A stretch of 64,000 bases of DNA from Gemmatales bacterium (GTDB taxonomy: Bacteria > Planctomycetota > Planctomycetia > Gemmatales > HRBIN36). The notes beneath the pieces are model-generated. The model was given only the letters and a program-made list of their open reading frames with translations, had not been told where the DNA came from and ran no database searches. The stretch lies in NCBI GenBank assembly GCA_041640595.1, contig JBEPZY010000004.1, forward strand, positions 98,273 to 162,272, read 5' to 3'. Made by a program: the position numbers and the translations under genes. Shown here piece by piece: positions 20,182 to 30,197 of this stretch (positions within the stretch are counted from its first letter, which is position 1; each line of letters starts with the position of its first letter).

Positions 20182-22014
20182 TCAACTGGCAGTGCTGGCC
20201 ACCAGCGGCAGGGCGACGGATGCCAGATGGCCATTCGATTCCGGCTGATCAGCATTCTCACCGGCATCGGATGCAGGCTCAGCCAGCACGTTGTCCACCA
20301 GGTAGTATAGCAGCTCGCGCAGGGAGTCAGGCTGAATCTCATCCGCGACCGCTTCCGCACGGGCACGATGTTTGTCCACGAGTTGCCTGGCACGAGCGAA
20401 AACACCGGCCCGTTCAAACAATCTCCGCACCGTGGCCAGACGGTCCACGCTGTCCCGTTGTTCTTTGAGCAATCTGAGCAAGCGTAGCCGCTCTTCGCCG
20501 GTGAGCGTTTCCAGCGCCAGCGCCAGAAGCACGGTAGGCCGAGCACTCAGTATATCCTGCCCGGCGAGCAGTTTGTTATCTCCATCGCCTTGCCAATCCT
20601 GCAAATCGTTGAGAATCTGAAAAGCTACACCGAGATGCCGACAAAACTCGGCGACGGGTTTTTCGTAATGTTCGACAGGCCCAGCCAGACGCAGACCGGC
20701 ATACAGGGCTGCCTCGAACGCTGGGGCGGTTTTCAAGGCATAAATCTTCAGAGCATCCAGCGGCGTCAGGGTTTTATCTCTGGCATCTCGCCAAGCCAGT
20801 TCTGCACCCTGGCCTTCCGATAATTTCATGTGGGCTTCTGCCAGCTTGTGCAAAATATCACTGCAAGCAGCCGGTTCCACTTCGTTTCGTGCCCGAGCGG
20901 CTAACCGGTAGCCTAGGCCGATCAAATAATCGCCGACGTTGATTGCCGTGGCTACTCCGTATTGCCGGTGCAATGTCTCCTGGCCGTAACGATAGCAGTC
21001 GTCGTCCTCAATGTCATCGTGCACCAGGGATGCCTTATGGAAAACTTCGATGGCCAGAGCAATCCGCTTGACAGCTGGCGGCAGGTAAGAGGTGTCATTC
21101 TCCGACACCGCGCGGCCGCCCTGGAGCGCATCGTAAGCTGCCAGGGTGATGAATGGGCGGAAGCGTTTGCCTCCCTGACGCAGCCAGTCATAAGCAATCG
21201 TCTCGGTCAGCCCCAGGGGATCGCCGGACGATTGCCCCGCGCCGGTGCGAATTCGCGGTGCCAGCATTTCCAGTTCACCGTTGAACAATTCGTTAGCCGC
21301 TCGCAATAACGGCAGATAACTGCGGGTTCTGGTAGCCGGCGGGGCAGTGTGCAGCGCAATGACTTCCTGCACCCAGTGCACATCTACCGAGGTATTTTTG
21401 CAATTGGAAGACAAAAGCGGTACGGCCAGCGCGGGCACCTGTACCTGCAGCACTTTATCCAGCGCTTTTTCCAGCACATTCAGACAGGCGACGCCAACAA
21501 TCCCGTCCACATGGCCGCTCAAGATGATTTTGAGCACAATCGGAGTCCCTTCGGCAACCAGGACCTTGTAACCCAGTTCTTCGGCACGGGTTTTGAAATC
21601 GGCAATCGTGCATGCCCCGCATTTACGGCAATCCAGACCGAATTCATCGTAATCTGCCGGGCAACCTTCTGCATGTTTCAAACAATGCGGCAGCAGCAGC
21701 AATCGTTTGGAAAAATCCACTGCCATCAGTTGCTCTCGCCAGAACTCGTTGGAAAGACAAACCGCGGTAAAACCCAGATACTGCTCCCCCAAGCCCATGC
21801 GCTGCAACAAATCCTGCGACCATTGCTGTAACTGTGTCCGTGTCAGCGCTTTGCTGCGATCTACGTTTGCCAGATATTCTTTAGCAGCGGACTTGATGCG
21901 CTCGCGCAGGGCCAGGGTTTCCGGAATAACCTTCCAGCCAGCCGTGCTGACCGGCGGACTTTTTACAGTTGCGGCAGGCGAAGCGGCCAGCGCAGATGCG
22001 GTTAGCGTATCCAC
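20182..22014 (-). CDS. DUF116-like Cys-rich domain fused to trans-polyprenyl diphosphate synthase
   Basis: LLLLPHCL..C..DCRKCGAC..GVAC..NC N-terminal domain; GGKRFRP, first Asp motif HDDIEDDD..R, EGQ, KTA, second motif FQILNDLQD; GTG 22014 after GAAAGGA. Confidence 0.88.
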   Translation of the reverse strand: MDTLTASALAASPAATVKSPPVSTAGWKVIPETLALRERIKSAAKEYLANVDRSKALTRTQLQQWSQDLLQRMGLGEQYLGFTAVCLSNEFWREQLMAVDFSKRLLLLPHCLKHAEGCPADYDEFGLDCRKCGACTIADFKTRAEELGYKVLVAEGTPIVLKIILSGHVDGIVGVACLNVLEKALDKVLQVQVPALAVPLLSSNCKNTSVDVHWVQEVIALHTAPPATRTRSYLPLLRAANELFNGELEMLAPRIRTGAGQSSGDPLGLTETIAYDWLRQGGKRFRPFITLAAYDALQGGRAVSENDTSYLPPAVKRIALAIEVFHKASLVHDDIEDDDCYRYGQETLHRQYGVATAINVGDYLIGLGYRLAARARNEVEPAACSDILHKLAEAHMKLSEGQGAELAWRDARDKTLTPLDALKIYALKTAPAFEAALYAGLRLAGPVEHYEKPVAEFCRHLGVAFQILNDLQDWQGDGDNKLLAGQDILSARPTVLLALALETLTGEERLRLLRLLKEQRDSVDRLATVRRLFERAGVFARARQLVDKHRARAEAVADEIQPDSLRELLYYLVDNVLAEPASDAGENADQPESNGHLASVALPLVASTAS

Positions 22015-22177
22015 GGGGCAGGTTCCTTTCAGGCTGGTCGGCGTCTGGGCAGGCGCACCGTCAGCACATGGGCCTATCGGCTGCCATGAGCGATGGTGCC
22101 GGTGCAGCGCCGAATTTCTTTGCAATTCGGTTGTCCGGCCTGATGTGGCACTGTTTGGCTATTCGCGACACTAGCAA

Positions 22178-24049
22178 CTACTGATATGAAAAAGGCAGGT
22201 GCAAGGCACGCCTCAGGGCCTGAGTGGCAAAAATGGTCGGATAGAGTCGCTCGTAGTACCAGAGTCGGGCGAAGTATAAGCCGATGGGCGCTGGAGTGAG
22301 CTGGTCTGTTTCCACACATTCCACGAGCCAGACCAGACCGCGGTGAATGCTGGCGGAAACGAGCCATTCGCCCTGCTTTTTGGGGACTGCCAGCAGCCAG
22401 GCGAGCAAGGCATCGGTAGCCAGTGCCGTCTCTTCGACAGTTCCTGGCAAGCCGCGATCACCGCCCCAGCTGCCATCGCGATTCTGTGCTGCAAGCAACC
22501 ATTGCACAGCTCGCCGTGCCGGTTCGCTGTCCGCCAGACGCCAGGCCAGCAAGCCATGCAAGACCCTGGCCGTGCCATACGTGAGGTTCGCTTCTTCGGG
22601 AGCCAGCTCATTGCCAAACCAGAGCGGTTGCCAGGCCCCATTCGCCTGCTGTTGCGCCAGCAGGAAACGCAAGCCTTTGTGCGCCGCTGCGACCATGCGG
22701 GCGATCACCTGACTTGCCAGCACCCGAACGCTGGCATCCGCGGCTAACCGCCAGCGCCGTACTCGCGGTGCCCAGCTCGCCAGTGCGCGCAGAGCATGTG
22801 CTGTCAAATCGCTGGCACTCCGGTCAAACGGTAATCGGCCCCATCCCCGACAGAAAGTCGGCCAGCCACCATCGCGATTTTGCAGGTCGAGGAGCCATTT
22901 CAAACCCAGTAGCACCGTTTCCGCGTGAGCGTCAGCGAGAGTCTCGGGCAACAGTTCTGCCAGTGCCAGCAATGCTCCGGAGGTATCGTCGGCATCGGGC
23001 ACACTTCCGCTCAAGTGCGACCAGCCCCACCCGCCAGGTTCCGCTCCTGTGTAAGGATGCCTGCGCCGCACCTGTTGCTGCAACAGCCATTGTCGCGTAG
23101 CCTCTGGATCGGCCAGATTGTCCGCACCCAGAGCGACAACACTCAGAGTGGTGAGCCAGACCGAGAGATTGGAATCAATGGGCCAGCTACCGTCCCTGCG
23201 AACACTGTTCAGGAGAAACGCGATGCCGTTTCGACAAACCGGATGCTGTGCATGACCGCAACTTGCCAGAGCCATGACCACGAACGCGGTCAGGGGCACC
23301 GCTTCGAGGAAGCCGCCACTGGTCGGTTGCAATCGCCGTAATCGGTTCAGCGTCGGCTCAACGGCCCACTTTCTCCAGAGCTGACCCCGGCGGTGATACA
23401 TGACCGCCTGGCCTATAGCAATCAGTGCCGGCAACGCATAGCTGACCACCGGTAAACGCGCGAATCGGTACCAGGACTGCGGCAAGACCGCCAGCTCAAA
23501 GGGTAAATGCGGTACTTGCTCCCACGGTATCAAACCCGCCAGCGCTGCGTTCATCAGGATTGGCACGGAGAAGGTTCGGTCTGAACCGTATCTGCGTCGC
23601 ACCGCTTCAGCATGAGCCAGGGCTCCGGGGCCGCAGATACGGTCGAGATACGCAGTGGCTGCTTTATCCGCCGCGATCGACGCCATCCCGGAATCGGCAC
23701 CTAACCACGGTTGGGCCAGCTGCAACGCCGCCCGAACCAGCATCGTCGTCGAAATATTGCCGCGACTGCACGGGGTATCACCCCAGCTTCCATCGTCTCG
23801 CTGAGTGTCAAGTAACCAGCGAACTCCGTGGTCAACGCGCTGCCGCAATACTGCCGCGGCAGCATGGCTTTTCTGTCCCCAGATGCTGAGAGCCGATACT
23901 GCCGTGGCTGTGCTCAGTGCCGAACTCGCCAACTCGCCAACCCAGTATCCTTCTGGTAGCTGCTCATCCACAAGACGCCGCACCAGTCGTCGGTAAGCCT
24001 GCAGCAGACGCTCGCGGTCCAGCTTTGGCGTCAATGCGGTTACCCTCAC
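22178..24049 (-). CDS. Squalene-hopene cyclase-like class II terpene cyclase
   Basis: QW repeats ([35 protein letters not shown]), GGWGWS...PDADDT (DxDD catalytic motif), YERLYP. Confidence 0.87.
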   Translation of the reverse strand: MRVTALTPKLDRERLLQAYRRLVRRLVDEQLPEGYWVGELASSALSTATAVSALSIWGQKSHAAAAVLRQRVDHGVRWLLDTQRDDGSWGDTPCSRGNISTTMLVRAALQLAQPWLGADSGMASIAADKAATAYLDRICGPGALAHAEAVRRRYGSDRTFSVPILMNAALAGLIPWEQVPHLPFELAVLPQSWYRFARLPVVSYALPALIAIGQAVMYHRRGQLWRKWAVEPTLNRLRRLQPTSGGFLEAVPLTAFVVMALASCGHAQHPVCRNGIAFLLNSVRRDGSWPIDSNLSVWLTTLSVVALGADNLADPEATRQWLLQQQVRRRHPYTGAEPGGWGWSHLSGSVPDADDTSGALLALAELLPETLADAHAETVLLGLKWLLDLQNRDGGWPTFCRGWGRLPFDRSASDLTAHALRALASWAPRVRRWRLAADASVRVLASQVIARMVAAAHKGLRFLLAQQQANGAWQPLWFGNELAPEEANLTYGTARVLHGLLAWRLADSEPARRAVQWLLAAQNRDGSWGGDRGLPGTVEETALATDALLAWLLAVPKKQGEWLVSASIHRGLVWLVECVETDQLTPAPIGLYFARLWYYERLYPTIFATQALRRALHLPFSYQ

Positions 24050-25635
24050 GAAACCGAGCCGGTTGGTTGTTCGACGATTTCGTAAGTCCGCCGGTTACAG
24101 CCCTCCTGGTGCCGCAACGCCAGCTGATAAAGGCGCTCTCCCGTCGGCGTAGGATAGCGACCGGTGATGCAGGCCTGGCACAGACGGTTAGCATCCATAC
24201 CAATGCACCGCGCCACAGCTTCGATCGGCAGATAGAGCAAACTGTCCGCTCCCAATTCCGCCGCCATGCGTTGCAGTTCTTCCAGGGTTGGCCGAAGGCT
24301 TTGCAGATGTTTCGGGGCGAACAGTTCGTTCACCGTGGACATATCAATGCCGTAAAAACATGGGGCGACGATGGGCGGACAGGCCACGCGAACGTGAATT
24401 TCTCTGGCTCCGCCCCGACGACGCATCTCCTGCAGAAGTGCCTTCATCGTGGTGCTGCGAACAATCGTGTCTTCCACCAGTAAAACGCGCTTGCCTTCCA
24501 GAACTTCCCGCAACGGGGTGTATTTCATCCGCGCTCGCGTCGCCCGATCTTCGCCTTGGATGAAGGTTCGGCCGACATAGCGGTTGCGCATCAGGCCTTC
24601 AACCGAGGGCAAGCCCAGCTCATAAGCCATCGCATCCGCGGCGGCTTTACCGGTATCCGGAACGGGCACGACTATCGTGTTGCTGTCCAGCGGCACCAGA
24701 CCGAGTCGTTTCTCCTGCCAGGCCAGTTCGCGTCCCAGGGCACATCGCACGCTGTACACACCGCGGCCTTCAATGCTGCTTGCGGCATTGGCGAAATAAA
24801 TCCATTCGAAGAAACAATGGGCTGTCGTCTTGCTGCGGGCGAAGTATTCCAGGCGAACCTCGTTGTCCTGGATGATGATCATCTGCCCGGGTTCAACATC
24901 GCGGATATCGGTAAAACCGAGATTACTGAGGGCAACGCTTTCACTGGCGGCAGCGAAAAGCGGGCCGTCTATCGCATACACCAGCGGGCGAAAACCCAGC
25001 GGATCCCGCGCCACTACCATGTCGCCTCGTGCGTTGAGATAAACGATGTTGTAGGCTCCTTCGAAGCGCTGGCTCAGATTGTGGAACACTTCCACCAGGT
25101 CCGGTTCCTGGTCGCCGCGCAGCTCGTAACTGAGATAGTGCATGATCACTTCCGTGTCCGTATCGCGGGTCAGATGATAATCCCGCTGCGACAACAACTC
25201 GTTTTTCAACTCCTGGTAGTTGGCCAGCTGACCGTTGAAAGCGAAGCTGAACCATTTCCATCGGCAACCGTGATAGCGCTGGAACGGCTGGGCGTAACTT
25301 TTTTTATCGCTGCCGCAGGTGGCGTAACGCACATGCCCGATGGCTGCATACCCGGCATACTGCTGCATCAGCGACTCGAACTTGCCGCGATGGTTCAGCC
25401 GCAGTGCCTCGATCACCGTGCCGATGTCTTTGTAGGTATCGAGCAATTTCTCGCGGTGGGGATTGAAGGTGGTGATTCCTGCGGCCAGTTGACCGCGATT
25501 CTGCAAATCCAGCAACATGCGCGGCATGAGGCGTACGATTTGTTCACGACCACCCGGAGGGGCGAGCGCACTGCGTTCCGGTCGGTCGAGATAATACAGG
25601 GCTGCAATGCCGCACTCGTGCTGCAGGCAAAGCAT
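24046..25635 (-). CDS. purF: Amidophosphoribosyltransferase
   Basis: HECGI N-terminal Cys nucleophile after a short propeptide, [43 protein letters not shown]. Confidence 0.95.
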   Translation of the reverse strand: MLCLQHECGIAALYYLDRPERSALAPPGGREQIVRLMPRMLLDLQNRGQLAAGITTFNPHREKLLDTYKDIGTVIEALRLNHRGKFESLMQQYAGYAAIGHVRYATCGSDKKSYAQPFQRYHGCRWKWFSFAFNGQLANYQELKNELLSQRDYHLTRDTDTEVIMHYLSYELRGDQEPDLVEVFHNLSQRFEGAYNIVYLNARGDMVVARDPLGFRPLVYAIDGPLFAAASESVALSNLGFTDIRDVEPGQMIIIQDNEVRLEYFARSKTTAHCFFEWIYFANAASSIEGRGVYSVRCALGRELAWQEKRLGLVPLDSNTIVVPVPDTGKAAADAMAYELGLPSVEGLMRNRYVGRTFIQGEDRATRARMKYTPLREVLEGKRVLLVEDTIVRSTTMKALLQEMRRRGGAREIHVRVACPPIVAPCFYGIDMSTVNELFAPKHLQSLRPTLEELQRMAAELGADSLLYLPIEAVARCIGMDANRLCQACITGRYPTPTGERLYQLALRHQEGCNRRTYEIVEQPTGSVS

Positions 25636-25830
25636 AGACGTTTCCCGTGAGGGCGCTGGTCTCCGCGTGAAATTATATTGGCCACACGCCAATTCGCTGT
25701 CGGTTGTTCTCCAGGCTGTTCCTGGCCAGACCGCAAACCCGTTCACTACGCTTACTACAACAGCATCCGATATCGGCACCAGGAAGCTGGCCCCACAGAG
25801 AAATTTTCCACTAAAGTATCAAGCAAGGCT

Positions 25831-26655
25831 ATGAAAATCTGGCTTCTGGGAAATGGTGCCCGGCCCGGTGTCGCCGAATGGGCGGAGCGCATCCGCGCTT
25901 TACTGGGAGAACGGGTCACCGTCTTCGACCTGACAGGGCAAGCTGATCTGGCACAGTCAGAGGCGGACGTCGCACTGGTGATCGGCGGCGACGGTGCCAT
26001 TCTCCGCGCTGCCAGGCAAATGGCTTATCGTCAGCGTCCGGTTCTCGGTTTGAATCTGGGTCGGCTTGGGTTTTTAGCCGAGGTGTCGCCGCAGGAATTT
26101 CTGCAACATCCGGAACAGTTCCTCGCTGGCCAATTCAGCGTGTCGCGGCATGTGATGTACGAATGCACGGTCACCTCACCCGCCGACCAGCGCACTATCC
26201 TGGGATTGAACGAGATTGTCATTTACCACGGCCCGCCATTTCATCTGATTGAAATTGAGCTGTACGTCGAGGAGGAACTGGCCGCCCGTTATAGCGGCGA
26301 TGGTTTCATTTTGAGCACGCCCATCGGTTCCACCGGACATAATCTTTCCGCCGGAGGGCCGATCCTGCATCAGGAACTGGCGGCCTTCGTCGTAACCTAC
26401 ATTTGTCCGCACATGCTGACCAACCGCTCTCTCGTCGATCGTGCCGACAAATCCTACCGTATCCGCGTTCCTCGCTGCGGTCCGGGAACTACTTTGATTT
26501 TGGACGGGCAGGAAATTGTGCCGCTTTCGCCTCAGCACACAATCACTGTGCGTCAGGCACCGGTCTGGTTTCAGCTGGTTCACTTGCCTGGTCGCAGCTA
26601 TTATCGTACTCTCCGCGACAAATTGCACTGGAGTACGCCACCAGGACAGCATTAG
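25831..26655 (+). CDS. nadK: NAD(+) kinase
   Basis: GGDG, NLGRLGFL, LNE, DGFILSTPIGSTGHNLSAGGP, LRDKLHW. Confidence 0.95.
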   Translation: MKIWLLGNGARPGVAEWAERIRALLGERVTVFDLTGQADLAQSEADVALVIGGDGAILRAARQMAYRQRPVLGLNLGRLGFLAEVSPQEFLQHPEQFLAGQFSVSRHVMYECTVTSPADQRTILGLNEIVIYHGPPFHLIEIELYVEEELAARYSGDGFILSTPIGSTGHNLSAGGPILHQELAAFVVTYICPHMLTNRSLVDRADKSYRIRVPRCGPGTTLILDGQEIVPLSPQHTITVRQAPVWFQLVHLPGRSYYRTLRDKLHWSTPPGQH

Positions 26656-26666
26656 AGGAGTAGGCC

Positions 26667-28043
26667 ATGCTCAGCCGTAAATTCACCCTGTGTCTAGCCG
26701 CTACGCTGCTGGTCGTCCAGTCCGCGCGAGCTGAAGATCGCCCGCCGAACATCGTGCTGATCCTTGCCGACGACCTGGGCTGGGCGGACCTGAGTTGCTA
26801 CGCTCCGTCGCTGTGGCAAACGCCCAATCTCGACCGCCTGGCTCAGCAGGGTATCCGCTTCACCCACGCCTACGCCGCCAGTTGTGTCTGTTCGCCGACA
26901 CGAGCCGCCCTGATGACCGGCCGGCATCCCGCACGCCTGCACCTGACCACCTTCCTACCGGGACGCAAAGATTTCCCCGATCAGAAACTGTTGCAGCCGA
27001 CCATTCGCCAGCAATTGCCGCCGGAAGAAATCACCCTCGCCGAAGTGTTGAAAAAACGGGGTTACGTCTGCGGCCATTTCGGCAAGTGGCACCTCGGCGA
27101 AGGGCCAATGGTCAACCCACTCGCTCAGGGCTTCGACGTCTATAAAGGTTCCGCCGGTCGCTATTTCAACTTCAAAGGCCCCAACCTCGTCGCCCGTTCG
27201 GAGAAGGACTACCTTACCGACCGCCTGACCGAAGAAGCGGAACGCTTCCTCGAAGAAAACCGCTCCCGGCCATTCTTCCTGTACCTGCCCCATTTCGCTG
27301 TGCACATCCCGTTGCAGGCTAAGGAAGAACTGCTCGCCTTCTACCAGAAGAAAGCCGAGTCGGCGCCGGCCGAATTGTTGCGGAAGAATCCCTATTACGC
27401 CGCCGTGTTGCACAGCCTGGATGAAAGTGTGGGCCGCATCTTGCAGAAACTTGACGACTTGAAACTGACCGAGAACACCGTGGTGATTTTCACGTCCGAT
27501 AACGGCGGGCTGTCGGTCAAAGAAGGGCCGAACACGCCAGCCACCTCCAATGCTCCGTTGCGAGCCGGCAAAGGGCATCTCTATGAAGGTGGCATTCGGG
27601 TACCGCTGTTGGTTCGCTGGCCGGGTGTGGTCAAGCCAGGGCGGGTCTGTTCGACACCGGTTCGCACCGAGGACCTGTTCCTGACCCTCGCAGAACTTGC
27701 TGGTGCCGAGTTGCCCAAAGACCGCGAACTGGACGGTGTCAGCCTGTTGTCTCTGTTGCGCGGTCAAAGCGAATCCTTGCCACGCGAGTGCCTCTACTGG
27801 CACTTTCCGCATTACAGCAACCAGGGCGGCCAGCCCAGCGGTGCGATTCGGAGTGGCGACTGGAAGTTGATCGAGTTTTTCGAGGATGGCCGACTCGAAT
27901 TGTACAACCTGCGCACCGACGAAGCGGAACAGCACAATGTCGCCGACAAGCATCCCCAATTGCGGGACAAACTCCATCGTCAACTGGTGGAGTGGCGTCA
28001 GCGTCTGCAGGTGCAGATGCCCCAACCCCGCCCGAAGAATTGA
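26667..28043 (+). CDS. Secreted formylglycine-dependent (S1) sulfatase, copy 1
   Basis: Signal peptide, PNIVLILADDLG, CSPTRAALMTG, GKWHLG, SDNGG, KGHLYEGGIRVP. Confidence 0.96.
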   Translation: MLSRKFTLCLAATLLVVQSARAEDRPPNIVLILADDLGWADLSCYAPSLWQTPNLDRLAQQGIRFTHAYAASCVCSPTRAALMTGRHPARLHLTTFLPGRKDFPDQKLLQPTIRQQLPPEEITLAEVLKKRGYVCGHFGKWHLGEGPMVNPLAQGFDVYKGSAGRYFNFKGPNLVARSEKDYLTDRLTEEAERFLEENRSRPFFLYLPHFAVHIPLQAKEELLAFYQKKAESAPAELLRKNPYYAAVLHSLDESVGRILQKLDDLKLTENTVVIFTSDNGGLSVKEGPNTPATSNAPLRAGKGHLYEGGIRVPLLVRWPGVVKPGRVCSTPVRTEDLFLTLAELAGAELPKDRELDGVSLLSLLRGQSESLPRECLYWHFPHYSNQGGQPSGAIRSGDWKLIEFFEDGRLELYNLRTDEAEQHNVADKHPQLRDKLHRQLVEWRQRLQVQMPQPRPKN

Positions 28044-29674
28044 TCGCCAGTCGCCCACACGTAAACTTGTGCACGCCAGTTACGCGCTGGCGACTGCATT
28101 TTGGTGAGCCCTCGACAAGTCAGAGGCGTGCCGCGACAGTAACAGAAATGATGCGAGGCCTGTATCGTGGTCGCGGCAACATACAGCGTCAACGGCACGA
28201 GAAGGTGGTTGGTTGAAAAAAGAGCACGAGATCAGACTCAGGCTCTGTCATATCGCAGGGGGACTTGCAATGCGTTTCAGTAGAACACTGCTCTGGCTGC
28301 TTGCGTCATTGGTAATGGCTCTAGCTGCGCGAGCTGAAGATCGCCCGCCGAACATCGTGCTGATCCTTGCCGACGACCTGGGCTGGGCGGACCTGAGCTG
28401 TTATGCCCCGTCGCTGTGGCAAACGCCGAATCTCGACCGCCTGGCTCAGCAGGGTATCCGTTTCACCCACGCCTACGCCGCCAGTTGTGTTTGTTCGCCG
28501 ACGCGAGCCGCACTGATGACCGGCCGGCATCCCGCACGCCTGCACCTGACAAACTACCTGCCGGGTCGTAAAGACGCCCCTGACCAGAAACTGTTGCAGC
28601 CGAGTATTCGCCAGCAATTGCCGCCTGAAGAAATCACCCTCGCCGAAGTGCTGAAAAAACGCGGATACGTCTGCGGCCATTTCGGCAAGTGGCACCTCGG
28701 CGAGGGGCCAGCGGTCAACCCGCTCGCCCAGGGCTTCGATGTTTACGTAGGGTTTGACCAAGGTTCCTCCCCAGGCGGCTATTTCAACTTCAAAGGTTCC
28801 AACCTCGTTGCTCGTTCGGACAAGGACTACCTTACCGACCGCCTGACCGAAGAAGCGGAACGCTTCCTCGAAGAAAACCGCTCCCGGCCGTTTTTCCTGT
28901 ACCTGCCCCATTTCGCCGTGCACATGCCCCTGCAGGCTAAGCAGGAACTGCTCGCTCTTTACCAGAAGAAGGCCAAATCTGCGCCGGCCGAGTTGTTGCG
29001 GAAGAATCCCTCTTACGCCGCCGTTTTGCACAGCCTGGATGAAAGTGTGGGCCGCATCTTGCAGAAACTTGACGAGTTGAAACTGACCGAGAACACCGTG
29101 GTGATTTTCACGTCCGATAACGGCGGGCTGGCAGAAAAAAGATGGCCAGCCACCTCCAACGCTCCGTTGCGAGCCGGCAAAGGGCATCTCTATGAAGGCG
29201 GCATTCGGGTACCGCTGTTGGTTCGCTGGCCGGGTGTGGTCAAGCCAGGGCGGGTCTGTTCGACACCGGTTCGCACCGAGGACCTGTTCCCGACCCTCGC
29301 AGAAATTGCCGGTGCCGAGTTGCCCAAAGACCGCGAACTGGACGGTGTCAGCCTGTTGTCCCTGTTCCGCGGTCAGAGTGAGACTCTTCCACGCGACTGC
29401 ATGTACTGGCACTATCCGCATTATCACTATAGCAGCAGAGAAGGCGGCCAGCCCAGCGGTGCGATTCGGAGTGGCGACTGGAAGTTGATCGAGTTTTTCG
29501 AGGATGGCCGGCTCGAATTGTACAACCTGCGCACCGACGAAGCGGAACAGCACAATGTTGCCGACAAGCATCCCCAGTTGCGGGACAAACTCCATCGTCA
29601 ACTGGTGGAGTGGCGTCAGCGGCTGCAGGTGCAGATGCCCCAACCCCGCCCGAAGAATTGATCGCCAGTCGCCC
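26724..29674 (+). repeat. Tandem ~1.3-kb direct duplication (26724-28056 and 28327-29674)
   Basis: Both copies begin GCGCGAGCTGAAGATCGCCCG and end CCGAAGAATTGATCGCCAGTCGCCC, 13 bp past the stop codon. Confidence 0.95.
28270..29661 (+). CDS. Secreted formylglycine-dependent (S1) sulfatase, copy 2 (tandem paralog)
   Basis: Same motifs as copy 1 with long identical nucleotide runs; different signal peptide; ATG 28270 after GGGGGA. Confidence 0.96.
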   Translation: MRFSRTLLWLLASLVMALAARAEDRPPNIVLILADDLGWADLSCYAPSLWQTPNLDRLAQQGIRFTHAYAASCVCSPTRAALMTGRHPARLHLTNYLPGRKDAPDQKLLQPSIRQQLPPEEITLAEVLKKRGYVCGHFGKWHLGEGPAVNPLAQGFDVYVGFDQGSSPGGYFNFKGSNLVARSDKDYLTDRLTEEAERFLEENRSRPFFLYLPHFAVHMPLQAKQELLALYQKKAKSAPAELLRKNPSYAAVLHSLDESVGRILQKLDELKLTENTVVIFTSDNGGLAEKRWPATSNAPLRAGKGHLYEGGIRVPLLVRWPGVVKPGRVCSTPVRTEDLFPTLAEIAGAELPKDRELDGVSLLSLFRGQSETLPRDCMYWHYPHYHYSSREGGQPSGAIRSGDWKLIEFFEDGRLELYNLRTDEAEQHNVADKHPQLRDKLHRQLVEWRQRLQVQMPQPRPKN

Positions 29675-29886
29675 GCGCTTGTCGTGCTTCAACGAAGTGG
29701 ATGTCGCTACGTAGAGTGCTGCTTGAACAGTCGACCGCACCCCCACCACCGTACAAGCGCGAATTTCCGTTTTGTCTGGCATAGCCCTGCACCAAACCCA
29801 ACGCAGGCATGCCAGTCCTACTTGGTGTACGACAAGTGTTCGCTGCACAACGCTTGTGTTGTGTCGCGATGGCGCTGGACCAACCA

Positions 29887-29912
29887 GGAGCGGCGGGCGT
29901 TAGCCCGCCGTG
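29887..29912. repeat. REP-like palindrome
   Basis: GGAG-CGGCGGGC-GTTA-GCCCGCCG-TG: perfect 8-bp GC stem with 4-nt loop and no U-tract, between convergent genes. Confidence 0.55.
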
Positions 29913-30197
29913 TTTCGCTGACGCGACTGCTACAGTGTAGATTTTCCACAGCCTGACCACAAAACCTCAGGTGAGTGCTGGAGTTACCAGCTATCCCGGA
30001 TTTGGCAAGCTCGGCTCGGACACAACCTTGCAGCCACTGCCAGGATTATTGGAAATCAAAATGGTGGCATCACCCTTATCCGCCGGGAGTGCCGCTGCAA
30101 TCCTCATCTGGATCGCCGATTTGCGAGAGCCGACACATACTCAGGATGCGGTAACCGAATAAGCCGAAGTCGTGCACGGCCTGTCCAGACGGATGCC

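Noticed and set aside
26955..29643. Minus-strand ORFs of 367 aa and 440 aa opposite the sulfatases, and similar shadows opposite purF, degP and the aldehyde dehydrogenase
   Set aside because: Typical antisense open frames in GC-rich coding DNA with no recognisable motifs.
29755..29764. AAGCGCGAAT matching the array B sub-module
   Set aside because: Only 10 bp with dissimilar flanks; compatible with chance.
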